A DNA stretch of 42,621 nucleotides, taken from Promethearchaeota archaeon (GTDB lineage Archaea; Asgardarchaeota; Lokiarchaeia; Sigyniarchaeales; SOKP01). The notes under the pieces are model-generated. The model did no database searches, was not told where the DNA came from, and saw only the letters and a program-made list of their open reading frames with translations. Position numbers and translations under genes: made by a program. The DNA lies in the NCBI GenBank assembly GCA_019058295.1, contig JAHPZI010000020.1, positions 1 to 42,621 on the forward strand, in the 5' to 3' direction. Shown here one piece after another: positions 27,873 through 37,312 of the stretch (the first letter of the stretch is position 1; each line of letters opens with the position of its first letter).

Positions 27873-29117
27873 ATGAAAAAAAAACAGGTTGAATTGTTAG
27901 CACCTTTAAAAAATTTAAAATCACTCCACGCTGTTCAGAAAAATGCTGATGCAGTGTATTTTGGTGTTGAATCATTAAACATGAGGATGTTTAGTGATAA
28001 CTTTAATATAAAGGATTTGCCTAGAATTGTAAAATTATGCCATGACAATAATATTAAAGCCTATCTTACCACGAATATCATTATTTATGACAATGAGTTT
28101 GATTTATTAGAAAAGATTTTGGATAAAGCTGTAGAATCTGAAATTGATGCTGTAATTATTCATGATGCAGGAGCAATCCAGCTAGCTAAAGAAAAAGGGC
28201 TTAATCTTCATATTTCGACTCAAGCAAATATCTCAAATTATCAATCTGCTCGATTTTATGAGTCAATGGATGCCCAGAGATTAATTCTTGCAAGAGAATT
28301 ATCCTTACAACAAATTAAAGATATAAAAAGTAGGTTGAAAGAGAGCCAAATAGAAATATTCGTTCATGGTGCACAATGTACTTCAATATCAGGGCGCTGT
28401 TATTTTTCAGCAGAAATATGTGGATCCCAAGATTACTCTGCAAATAGAGGAAAATGTACTCAACCCTGCCGAAGGAAATGGACTGTATATGATGATCAAA
28501 ATAATGAGCTTTTATATGATGGTGTATTTTTTATTAGCGCAAAAGATCTCTGTATGATAGAATATATACCTGAATTAATTGAAGCAGATATAGATGCATT
28601 CAAAATTGAAGGTAGAATGAGAGATCCGATTTATATTGAAGAAACAACTAATTGTTATCGCGAAGCTATTAATTCTTATTATTCTAATTCATTTACACAA
28701 GATAAAATTCAAGAATGGTTGAAACGATTAAATAAGGTTTATAATAAAGGTTTTTCTACGGGTTTTTATTTTCAATTACCAAAAGGAAACGATATTGCAA
28801 GAGAAAGTGAAGGAAACATTTCTAACTATAGAAAAATTGAAATAGGAAAGGTCTTATCTTACTATCCTGAAAAAAGCGCCGCAAAAATACTTCTTACAAA
28901 GGGAAAATTAAAATTAAAAGATGAAATCTTTGTCATCGGGACACACACTGATACTTTTCTGCGTCAAAAAATTACATCAATTCAAATTAAACAAAAGAAA
29001 AATCTAACAGAAACTCCAAACGTCTCTGGTAAAGAGAATCGGTTGTCTGTTGGTATAAAAATCAATAAACCTGTTAAGAAAAACGACAGAGTCTACAAAT
29101 TAGAACAAATTACATAA
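27873..29117 (+). CDS. Peptidase U32 family Fe-S protein (TrhP/RlhA-like; family includes O2-independent RNA hydroxylases)
   Basis: ELLAP, HISTQAN, LARELS, EIFVHGAQCTSISGRC, NRGKCTQPCR and KIEGRMR. Confidence 0.92.
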   Translation: MKKKQVELLAPLKNLKSLHAVQKNADAVYFGVESLNMRMFSDNFNIKDLPRIVKLCHDNNIKAYLTTNIIIYDNEFDLLEKILDKAVESEIDAVIIHDAGAIQLAKEKGLNLHISTQANISNYQSARFYESMDAQRLILARELSLQQIKDIKSRLKESQIEIFVHGAQCTSISGRCYFSAEICGSQDYSANRGKCTQPCRRKWTVYDDQNNELLYDGVFFISAKDLCMIEYIPELIEADIDAFKIEGRMRDPIYIEETTNCYREAINSYYSNSFTQDKIQEWLKRLNKVYNKGFSTGFYFQLPKGNDIARESEGNISNYRKIEIGKVLSYYPEKSAAKILLTKGKLKLKDEIFVIGTHTDTFLRQKITSIQIKQKKNLTETPNVSGKENRLSVGIKINKPVKKNDRVYKLEQIT

Positions 29118-29228
29118 CAATAAAATTCCCACTTAATGGAATATGAGACAGTTTGAATATAATCCCTTTTAATTGATTTGAATCTTATTATATTATAGTT
29201 AGAATATAACGATTATTAGAAGTTTGTT

Positions 29229-30140
29229 ATGCCGAGAATTTTAATTACAGGGGCCACAGGTTTTATTGGAAGTTATCTTGTGAAATATTTTATAAAAAAA
29301 GGAACTCAAATCATTGCTCATGGAAGTACAAAAGAAACAATAAATAAACTCAGAAATACATTAGAAGATGAACATATAGATTCTATCGATTTTTGGCAAC
29401 AAGATTTTTTAGCTCAGAAATGGAATTTCCCTGATTTTTCTGAAATCGATTATATTATTCACACAGCTGCCGCCACTAAGATAAGAGAAGGTACTCTTGA
29501 GAATTATGATAAATATTTTAATTTAAATGCAATTGCAACAAAAAAACTAGCGAAAAAAGCATTAAATGAAAATATCCAGCATTTTATTCATTTTTCTAGC
29601 GGACAAGTTTTTGGAATACCCCCCTCCTTTCCATTTACAGAAACTACTCCTAAAAAACCCATTAATATTTACGGTTTTACTAAATTATTAGGTGAAATTG
29701 TGGTTCTTTCGTTTGCCAATTTGGGTTTGAAATACACGATAGCAAGGCCTTTTTCAGTCTATGGAAAGGGACAACAGAATATAATTTCAATAATTAATGA
29801 AAAAATAAATAAAGATGAAATCTTAACTATTTATGGAGATGGAACCCAATCTCGAGCTTTTACTCATGTTAACGACATTTGTGAAGTAATTGGTATTATC
29901 CTTAATAATTCTAAATGTTTTGGCGAAGAATATAATCTATCGGGCACTAAAGAGTATTCTGTAAACGATTTGGTAGGATTGATTTCTAAAAGCTTGAATA
30001 AGAAGCCTAAAATAGTGTATAAGAAAGCTAGCGTAAATGAATTAAGGCGAAACCTAGCAGATACGGCAAAAATTCAGAAATTAGGATTTAATTATAAAGA
30101 ATCTCTTGAAGAATTTATAGAGAATGAACTCAATTCTTAA
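29229..30140 (+). CDS. NAD-dependent epimerase/dehydratase (extended SDR)
   Basis: ITGATGFIG, HTAA, YGFTK, VYG and GDGTQSRAFTHV. Confidence 0.92.
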   Translation: MPRILITGATGFIGSYLVKYFIKKGTQIIAHGSTKETINKLRNTLEDEHIDSIDFWQQDFLAQKWNFPDFSEIDYIIHTAAATKIREGTLENYDKYFNLNAIATKKLAKKALNENIQHFIHFSSGQVFGIPPSFPFTETTPKKPINIYGFTKLLGEIVVLSFANLGLKYTIARPFSVYGKGQQNIISIINEKINKDEILTIYGDGTQSRAFTHVNDICEVIGIILNNSKCFGEEYNLSGTKEYSVNDLVGLISKSLNKKPKIVYKKASVNELRRNLADTAKIQKLGFNYKESLEEFIENELNS

Positions 30141-30149
30141 GAAGTACGA

Positions 30150-31736
30150 TTATTCGAAGAAAAGTAATCTATCCAAAAATGCTAACGCTAAATAAAATAG
30201 TATATTTATTTGAACTTCTGCGGCTAAATGTTCAAGTTCCCAAGAGTCTTTTTCTTGATTGTGCTTCCCAAGATTTATTAATTCTCCTTGGCCGAAATTG
30301 GCAATTAAATTCTCATAATTGTATAAAAAAACTTTTTCATCGCCAAAATGACGACAAATATCTAAATCGTCTAAATATTCCTTATCTTCCATGTAATCAG
30401 TATCGTTGAAAATCTTTTTCATTGTCCCAATAAAGATATAATGAGTACCACCTTTAATATCACCATTTCCACTATGAACCATTCCAACTCGATGATAAAA
30501 ATTGTATGCAGATAAAACATTGATCCCATCCTCTTTAACTTGGCCAAAGATATTTTCTTTCATTCTATCTGCAATATCATCTACAGTATCACCTGCACTT
30601 ACTATTGCGGCTCCAACTCTATAAGTCATCGTGATTGAAAAATCCCAAATAACATTTAGACTATAAATATTTCCAATCGCTAATTCTAGATCTCCATCTC
30701 CATCTAATTCGTCTAAGTAAGGCGATATTCTTATAATTCCTGCTTCTTTTCCATCAGATTGAACTTCCTCAACAAGTTCTTTCACATTTTTAGTGGCTTC
30801 TTTTATTTCATCATTAGTTGGAAATTCATCTATTATATAATTAATACCAGATACTATAGTTTTTTCTCTGACTTCTTCTATATATCGACTAGGTGGTTCG
30901 GCATCGACAACAAAAGCTTTTACAAATGAACTTTCAAATATCCCCTCATCAATAAACCATTCTTTAAAGCGTTCATAGAGTGGAAGATATTCCTCAGTTG
31001 TATCCATGTTCATAAAAGGATCTCCGGATGTTAGTAAACTAAAGTAAAGATTAACACCATTATCAATAGCCATCTTATATTTATCCATTAAACCGCTTTT
31101 ATTTAATGTTCTAGAGTTCATAGCAGGCATAAAACCAATATTATATTGTTTACAAAGGGCATAAATATTCTCGTCGTCTGGAAGATCATATGGATCTGTC
31201 CAGAAAATTAATTCAGGATTAGTCTCAGGTTTTATTAAAATTTTTTTTTCTGGAACAGATAAATTCCATATGCTTCCTATACTCAGCGAAATCAATATTA
31301 AAATTAAAATAATGCGCGTTTTCTTCCTTTTTGATTTTTTCTCTTTATTTTTCTTTTTTTTAGTGAATTTTAATGATAAATAACTTCCTAATATTCCTAT
31401 TAAGAAAAGAATTATCATTATACCTTTTAGAGTGATTAATGATTTTAAATAATTCAAAAAGATTAATCCCGCTCCAGAGATAAATGATATGGAACTGAAA
31501 TACAATAATCTAAAATTTCTATGTCTAATTCCTAAATTATTTATAAGGATGTTTATGGATATCGTTGCTATTTGCCAGTATAGTAGATATGTAAAATCTA
31601 AGAAAATCAATCTTGAAAAGACTGAAAGAAGGATTACTTCAAACGAAATGAAAAAAGAAATTGAAATTATGAGAAAAAAATAAAGGGAGATATACTCTTT
31701 TCTAAGGTATTTTCTAAGATGTAATTTCCATTTCAT
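30150..31736 (-). CDS. Membrane protein with about 5 N-terminal TM helices and a large soluble domain (possibly glycoside-hydrolase-like TIM barrel)
   Basis: Hydrophobic N-terminal 160 aa, alternating alpha/beta soluble region with FVVDAEP, and a hydrophobic C-terminus. Confidence 0.6.
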   Translation of the reverse strand: MKWKLHLRKYLRKEYISLYFFLIISISFFISFEVILLSVFSRLIFLDFTYLLYWQIATISINILINNLGIRHRNFRLLYFSSISFISGAGLIFLNYLKSLITLKGIMIILFLIGILGSYLSLKFTKKKKNKEKKSKRKKTRIILILILISLSIGSIWNLSVPEKKILIKPETNPELIFWTDPYDLPDDENIYALCKQYNIGFMPAMNSRTLNKSGLMDKYKMAIDNGVNLYFSLLTSGDPFMNMDTTEEYLPLYERFKEWFIDEGIFESSFVKAFVVDAEPPSRYIEEVREKTIVSGINYIIDEFPTNDEIKEATKNVKELVEEVQSDGKEAGIIRISPYLDELDGDGDLELAIGNIYSLNVIWDFSITMTYRVGAAIVSAGDTVDDIADRMKENIFGQVKEDGINVLSAYNFYHRVGMVHSGNGDIKGGTHYIFIGTMKKIFNDTDYMEDKEYLDDLDICRHFGDEKVFLYNYENLIANFGQGELINLGKHNQEKDSWELEHLAAEVQINILFYLALAFLDRLLFFE

Positions 31737-31883
31737 TTTTAGTCACTCAAACTAAAATATATAAATTCTGAACAGTTTTTAAAATCCTAGAAAAACTATT
31801 ACCTTAATTTTTAAAATGGAAAATTTATTAAAAATGTGAATTAGATCCATATTAAATAATAAAATTGAAAATTAGGGGTAAAT

Positions 31884-32354
31884 ATGAAAGTAGCTAACAT
31901 AAAAGAAAGGGAAATAAGAGCAAATGAGCTGGTGACCGAAGCTAAACTTGCAAATTTTGCATTTTTAGCAAACATGCTACTTGATTTATTTGGATTAGAT
32001 GTTGCCTTTCAAAAATACGTGAAACCAAAAAGAGAAGGACAAATTGTAGAGATGCATTTTCCAACTTTAAATGGAAGTATTACTTTCATACTTACTAGAG
32101 ATAGAAAAGAATTTCAAGCTCAAGTCAAAAAACCCGAAAATCCAGTAGCCAAAGTTATAATAAATGTAAAGCGTGAAAAAACTACTCTCCTAGCAGGTAA
32201 AATTATACGCTTAAAAAGCAATATTTTTGGATTAATGAGAATTTTTCCCCATATATTAACCAGAAAATTGAAAATTAAAGGTTCTTGGGCAGCAGCCATA
32301 GCGTTATGTCGTGTTTTAATGGTAGGAAAAAATCAAATTTATAAAGAGAAATGA
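31884..32354 (+). CDS. Hypothetical protein with SCP2-like C-terminus
   Basis: ILTRKLKIKGSWAAAIAL resembles the SCP2 terminal motif (xGKLKxxGx...A..L). First gene of a tight operon. Confidence 0.55.
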   Translation: MKVANIKEREIRANELVTEAKLANFAFLANMLLDLFGLDVAFQKYVKPKREGQIVEMHFPTLNGSITFILTRDRKEFQAQVKKPENPVAKVIINVKREKTTLLAGKIIRLKSNIFGLMRIFPHILTRKLKIKGSWAAAIALCRVLMVGKNQIYKEK

Positions 32355-32362
32355 GGTAAAAT

Positions 32363-33508
32363 ATGAGCTTAACGAATGATAAATTTCTCAATATTTCTAA
32401 TTCAATTAAGAATTCATATCTCGACGAGTGGAAAAATAATAAAAAGAAAGTTTTAGGATATTATTGCACTTATATCCCTGAAGAATTATTTTATGCTGCT
32501 GGTTTTCTTCCCTATCGTATAAGAGCCACTGGACATGAGCTTGATGAATTAGCTGATATTTATATGGTTAGATTTACCTGCGGTTTTGTACGCTTAACGT
32601 TGGATTTAGCGCTAAGAGGAGGGTATGATTTCTTAGATGGGCTGTTTATTACAAATTGTTGCGACCATGCTCGCCGAATGTATGAACTATATGATCTTGT
32701 AGTATTTAAGAGAAAAGAGATTAAACAAAAACCCCCCCAATTTTATGTCGCACTACCTCATGTTATTAATGAAGATGGATTTGAGTGGTATTTAGATGAA
32801 ATTAAATTACTCAAAGAACAAATTGAGCAAGAATATACTCTTAAAGAGATAGATAATTCTCAACTTAAAGAAGCTATAAAAATATATAATGAAAATCGAA
32901 GCCTTTTAAGAGAAATTTATAATTTAAGAACATTAGACAATCCAAAATTAACAGGTTCAGAATTTTTACAGATATCTATGGCAAACACCTCGGTACCAAA
33001 AGAAATTGCTAATAATGAACTAAGGCGCATTTTGGAAATCATAAAGAATAGTAAAGATTTAAGCAATAATAGAAAAAGAATTATGCTAGTTGGAAGCGTG
33101 GTCGATAACATCAATTTCACTAAACTAGTTGAAGATTCCGGAGCAATAATCGTATCAGATTTTCTATGTTTTGGTGAGCGTAATATTTTAGATGATGTTG
33201 ATTTAAATGGTGATTTATTGGAGAACATCGCAAAAAGAACATATTACCGCATGTCTTGTCCAAGAATGATGGATGACCATAAAAAAAGATATGATTTTTT
33301 ATTAAAAGAGATTGAAAGAGCTAAAGTAGATGGTGTTATTCTACAAAGAATAAATAATTGTGACCTTCATGGTTGTGAAAATATGTTACTTGAACATGAA
33401 CTTAAAGATTTAGGGATTCCGTCTCTTAATATTGACAGAGAAGCCTTCCTTACAGATACCACCAGGCTTCAAACTAGGATAGAAGCATTTTATGAGATGA
33501 TAAAATGA
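32363..33508 (+). CDS. 2-hydroxyacyl-CoA dehydratase subunit (HgdB/FldC/benzoyl-CoA reductase family)
   Basis: GYYCTYIPEEL..AAG, TNCCD, SCPR, DGVI...CDLH and TRIEAFYE. Confidence 0.9.
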   Translation: MSLTNDKFLNISNSIKNSYLDEWKNNKKKVLGYYCTYIPEELFYAAGFLPYRIRATGHELDELADIYMVRFTCGFVRLTLDLALRGGYDFLDGLFITNCCDHARRMYELYDLVVFKRKEIKQKPPQFYVALPHVINEDGFEWYLDEIKLLKEQIEQEYTLKEIDNSQLKEAIKIYNENRSLLREIYNLRTLDNPKLTGSEFLQISMANTSVPKEIANNELRRILEIIKNSKDLSNNRKRIMLVGSVVDNINFTKLVEDSGAIIVSDFLCFGERNILDDVDLNGDLLENIAKRTYYRMSCPRMMDDHKKRYDFLLKEIERAKVDGVILQRINNCDLHGCENMLLEHELKDLGIPSLNIDREAFLTDTTRLQTRIEAFYEMIK

Positions 33509-33520
33509 AAGGTGAAATTA

Positions 33521-34810
33521 ATGGTAAATAGAACAGAACTAGAGAATAAAGTAATTCCATATAAAATATTATTAGAAACTCTACAAAATACATATGATTT
33601 AGTTGATTCTATACTTCTTGATAATACTATCCCATCATTAAAAATTGGTTTGAAATATTTAATTCAAAATATAGAGGCTAATATTGAAAAAGCAGGAGAT
33701 GGTTTACCAGTAGTAGGTCATCATTTTGCATTCCAGTCAGAATACCTTGATTGCTTCGATGTAGTACCCATATGCATCGAAGGAACGTCTTATATACTTT
33801 CTGCGCTTCTACCCGATGGTGTCGAAAAATATTATGACCTTATGCGTAATTGGGGGCATCCCTTTCACACATGTTCTTCGCAAAAAGGTGTAATGGGTAT
33901 GACCTTAGATGATTTATTCCGATTCGATGCGATAATATGCCCAACAGCCCCATGTGATAATACTATGGCAAGTTATCCTTACTTTAAATATCAAGCAGAT
34001 GTTCCTATGGTTTTACCTGATATGCCCTTTATTCATAAAGAAAAAAGCTTTAAATATTATGCAAAGCAAATTAAAAAGGGTTTAGAAGATTTAGGGAAAA
34101 TTATTGGCCAAAAACCTGATTGGGATGAATTGAAAAAACATCTTGAGATAGATAATAAATCAATTAACACTCAACTTGAAATCTTCGAATTAAAAAAAGC
34201 AATACCTTGTCCTGTAGAAAATTTCTATAATGCTATGTCAGCTGCGGTTACTATATTTATGGCAGGAAAAGAAGAGAAAGTAAAATATTATGATGAGATG
34301 TTAGAAAGTGCTAAAAATAATTATAGGAAAAAAAAACATCATGGCGGAGAAGAAAAAATCCGATGTATTTTTCCTTATATGTTAATTTTTTTTGATCTAG
34401 GATTATGTGAATGGCTTGATCGCGAACTAGGAATGAGTATCTTATTTGATATCTTTAATTATAATTTTACCAAGCCAATCAGAACAACCGACAGTTTAGA
34501 TACAATGTTCTATGATATGGCTAGAAAAGGGATGGAATTTCCTATGATGAAACAAAGTACTGATTTCTATTATAATTTCATTGATGATTGTGTAAATATG
34601 GCTAAGGAATTTAAATCAGATTGTTTCATCTTTACAATGCACATAGGTTGTAAGCAATTTGGAAGTGTAGTACAAGTTCTCAGAGAAGCTTTAAGAGATG
34701 AAACTGGTATCCCTGTTTTAATGCTAGATTTAGATGTTGGTGATAAAAGAATGACTTCAATGAAGGTTTTGCGCGATAAAATCAGTTTATTTGCCCAAAC
34801 TTTATTATAA
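33521..34810 (+). CDS. 2-hydroxyacyl-CoA dehydratase subunit (HgdA/FldB family)
   Basis: HTCSSQKG, TAPCD, HIGCK and GIPVLMLDLD..D.R. ATG at 33521 follows a GGTGA RBS. Confidence 0.88.
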   Translation: MVNRTELENKVIPYKILLETLQNTYDLVDSILLDNTIPSLKIGLKYLIQNIEANIEKAGDGLPVVGHHFAFQSEYLDCFDVVPICIEGTSYILSALLPDGVEKYYDLMRNWGHPFHTCSSQKGVMGMTLDDLFRFDAIICPTAPCDNTMASYPYFKYQADVPMVLPDMPFIHKEKSFKYYAKQIKKGLEDLGKIIGQKPDWDELKKHLEIDNKSINTQLEIFELKKAIPCPVENFYNAMSAAVTIFMAGKEEKVKYYDEMLESAKNNYRKKKHHGGEEKIRCIFPYMLIFFDLGLCEWLDRELGMSILFDIFNYNFTKPIRTTDSLDTMFYDMARKGMEFPMMKQSTDFYYNFIDDCVNMAKEFKSDCFIFTMHIGCKQFGSVVQVLREALRDETGIPVLMLDLDVGDKRMTSMKVLRDKISLFAQTLL

Positions 34811-34827
34811 AAAACAGGGGAATCTTA

Positions 34828-35343
34828 GTGAGAGAAGATCTAGAGAACCTTTCAAAGGAAGAATTAATGGATTATATTGAAGACCTGAGTAAGAACTGGC
34901 TTGGAATTGATGGGACTTGGTTTGGAGCTGTTGAAAGAGAATTTGGATTGGAGAAGGCCATTGAATTAGATATTGAATCTTGGAAAGTTTTTACTGTTCT
35001 TGAAGCTAAGAGAATTATGCAAAGATTCAATATTCCAGAAAATGGTGGGATTCCTGCCTTAATGAAAGCTTTAAAATTTAGAGTTTACGCTAATATCAAC
35101 AAACAAGAAATCGTCGAGGTTTCTGAAAAGCGATGTGTGTTTAGAATGAACAATTGCCGCGTTCAATATGCGAGAAACCGCAAAAATCTTCCAGATTTTC
35201 CTTGTAAGCAAGTTGGAGTAGTTGAATATTCCTTTTTTGCTAATACGGTTGATAAGAGAATAGAAACTAAGTGCATCTGTTGTCCGCCCGATGATCATCC
35301 AAAAGACTATTATTGTGCGTGGGAATTTACGATTAATGATTAA
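34828..35343 (+). CDS. DUF6125-like Cys-containing protein (V4R/ATC-hydrolase-like fold)
   Basis: WLGIDGTWF..VE..FG, CRVQ..R...DFPCK and CICCPPD.HP...CAWEF. Confidence 0.75.
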   Translation: MREDLENLSKEELMDYIEDLSKNWLGIDGTWFGAVEREFGLEKAIELDIESWKVFTVLEAKRIMQRFNIPENGGIPALMKALKFRVYANINKQEIVEVSEKRCVFRMNNCRVQYARNRKNLPDFPCKQVGVVEYSFFANTVDKRIETKCICCPPDDHPKDYYCAWEFTIND

Positions 35344-35465
35344 GATAATTAAAGATAAAAGGAAGAATTTTTTTATAAAACGAGGAAAAATACAGAAATA
35401 GTTAAAAATAATGTAAATAAATCATAATTTAACAAAAATTAAAAAAATGAGTGAAATTAAAAAAA

Positions 35466-35876
35466 ATGAGCGAAAACGAAATACGTTCTCAAATTGCCTC
35501 AAAAGAGGATAAAATCACCAAAATTGAAGAAGACGCAAGTAAAAAAGAAGCTGCCGCTGAAAACGAGGTTGCGGCTGAATTTGATGCAAAAATTGCTGAA
35601 GTTGAAACAAAATTAACGGCTGAGGAGAGTAATTTAGCAGAAGCAACTTCAAAAGCAGAAGAATGGGTTGCAAAAAAGAAGGAACTAACTATTATAGTAA
35701 AGGATCTTAGAAAGGAACATAAAGGACTATCTAAGGAAAAAACCTCTGCTACAAAAGAGAAATTAAAAGAGATAAGTCTTAATAAGAAAAATCAGATTAA
35801 ACCTATTGAGAATGAAATTAAAGCATTACAAAAAGAATTGAAAGTTTTAGAGAAAGCAGCAGCTAGAGGAGAGTAA
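35466..35876 (+). CDS. Coiled-coil hypothetical protein
   Basis: All-helical, E/K/A-rich. ATG (MSENE) is preferred over the tracked GTG at 35451. Confidence 0.75.
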   Translation: MSENEIRSQIASKEDKITKIEEDASKKEAAAENEVAAEFDAKIAEVETKLTAEESNLAEATSKAEEWVAKKKELTIIVKDLRKEHKGLSKEKTSATKEKLKEISLNKKNQIKPIENEIKALQKELKVLEKAAARGE

Positions 35877-35877
35877 T

Positions 35878-35935
35878 GTAATAATTATCTCCAGTGAAAC
35901 TTGGGATTCCTTATTATTTTTTTTATTTATTTTAT
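35878..35935 (+). terminator. Imperfect hairpin followed by a T tract
   Basis: taataa..atctccag-tgaaa-cttgggat..ttatta followed by a T8 run, directly after the stop codon. Confidence 0.4.
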
Positions 35936-36111
35936 TAGCCTTTCAAATAAAGTTTTGTTTCTCTTTAACTTAGTTTTAAAATTTTCCTAATTACTTATTG
36001 TTTTAAAATAAGTTTAATTAACAATATAAAATGTTTATTATTAAATTAGGAAATATAATCATAATTTGAAACTATATTCTCCCACTTTATATTCTTTTTA
36101 AAACGGTTAAG

Positions 36112-37167
36112 ATGAGAGAACCTTTTACACCAAAACAAATATATCTTGATGTTAAAAATGGAAAGTTAAATAAATTGGAAGCTTCCGAATTGTTAATCTC
36201 CTTAATCGAAGGAAGCAATGAAGCAAAAACTCGGAAAAAATGCTTAGAAGCATTTGAAAAAATCGAACTAAAAACTGAAAAAGTTTTTAAAATTATTGAA
36301 AACTGCCTAGTCTCAGACGAAAATTCATTAGTCAGGAGTGTTGCGGCAAAAGCTATTATTCGTAATTTTCTTAAAAACGATTTAAGCTCGTTGAAGTGGG
36401 CAATTCAGCACGAAAAATCGCCTATCGTATTGAAAACAATTTTAGATTTGTTTAAAAATATTGATAACCAGAAATACAAATTTTTGAATAAAGAAATACA
36501 AACGTGGATTGAAAATTTCGCTTCAATTATCGGAGTCGTTCCAACTGAAGCAGAATTTATTTTAGACTTGGAGGCTCTATTTGCTAAAGACGGAGAAAAT
36601 TACGAAATTGATGGAACTACTTATAAATATTATCAAATTCTCACTGATAACAAGAATAGTAAGCCTTGGCTCGAAATAAAAGATAAACATATTGTAGGAT
36701 TAAGTCTTAATTTCTACAATTGGAAGTTTATAAAAGAAAATCCAGAATATGTGGATTATCTCTCGAGGTTAATTTATCGAGATTTATTTCTTTCATCATT
36801 TAAAAACTTAAATATTACCCGAAATGAAATTCGAGAAGTCCCCGAGTCAATAAGCTCTTTAAATTCACTCGAATGGTTGGATTTAAGTCGAAATAATATT
36901 CAAGAGATTCCTGAATCAATAAGCACTTTAATTTCGCTAAAAAAATTGAATTTAAGTCGTAATAAAATTCGAGAAGTTCCCGAGTCAATAGGTTCTCTGA
37001 GTTTGCTTGAAAGACTAGATTTGAGGCGAAATAAAATACGAAAGATTCCCGAATCCATCAAAAATTTGAATTCTTTAATTGAATTAAGGATTGATAATAA
37101 TAAAATTCAAATGATTCCTAATTCATTAAAAACTTTTTTAAATTCCCTCGAACATTTTAGCTATTAG
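36112..37167 (+). CDS. HEAT-repeat plus leucine-rich repeat protein
   Basis: N-terminal helical repeats (CLVSDENSLVRSVAAKAI); C-terminal 23-aa LRRs (LDLSRNNIQEIPESISTLISLKK). Confidence 0.9.
   Translation: MREPFTPKQIYLDVKNGKLNKLEASELLISLIEGSNEAKTRKKCLEAFEKIELKTEKVFKIIENCLVSDENSLVRSVAAKAIIRNFLKNDLSSLKWAIQHEKSPIVLKTILDLFKNIDNQKYKFLNKEIQTWIENFASIIGVVPTEAEFILDLEALFAKDGENYEIDGTTYKYYQILTDNKNSKPWLEIKDKHIVGLSLNFYNWKFIKENPEYVDYLSRLIYRDLFLSSFKNLNITRNEIREVPESISSLNSLEWLDLSRNNIQEIPESISTLISLKKLNLSRNKIREVPESIGSLSLLERLDLRRNKIRKIPESIKNLNSLIELRIDNNKIQMIPNSLKTFLNSLEHFSY
36811..37130 (+). repeat. 69-bp degenerate tandem repeat encoding about 4.5 LRR units
   Basis: Recurring aatXXXattcgagaagtXcccgagtcaata-type units at 69-nt period. 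Confidence 0.85.
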
Positions 37168-37312
37168 TGTTATTTTAAGGCTCATAAATTTCTACTTTTT
37201 ATCAGTTAGACAAAACCAAAGCAAAAAAAATAGAAATATTGAAATAGAAAAGAATAGAAAGATAATTATTAAAATAAAAAGAAAAAGATTATAATTCTGT
37301 TTTAATAATGAG

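Noticed and set aside
35878-35935. Hairpin as a SECIS or ncRNA
   Set aside because: The upstream gene has no in-frame UGA and ends in TAA; the stem is short and followed by a T tract, so a terminator is more likely.
36811-37130. CRISPR array or diversity-generating retroelement repeat
   Set aside because: The repeats are in-frame degenerate LRR codons without unique spacers, and there is no cas or reverse transcriptase gene in the window.
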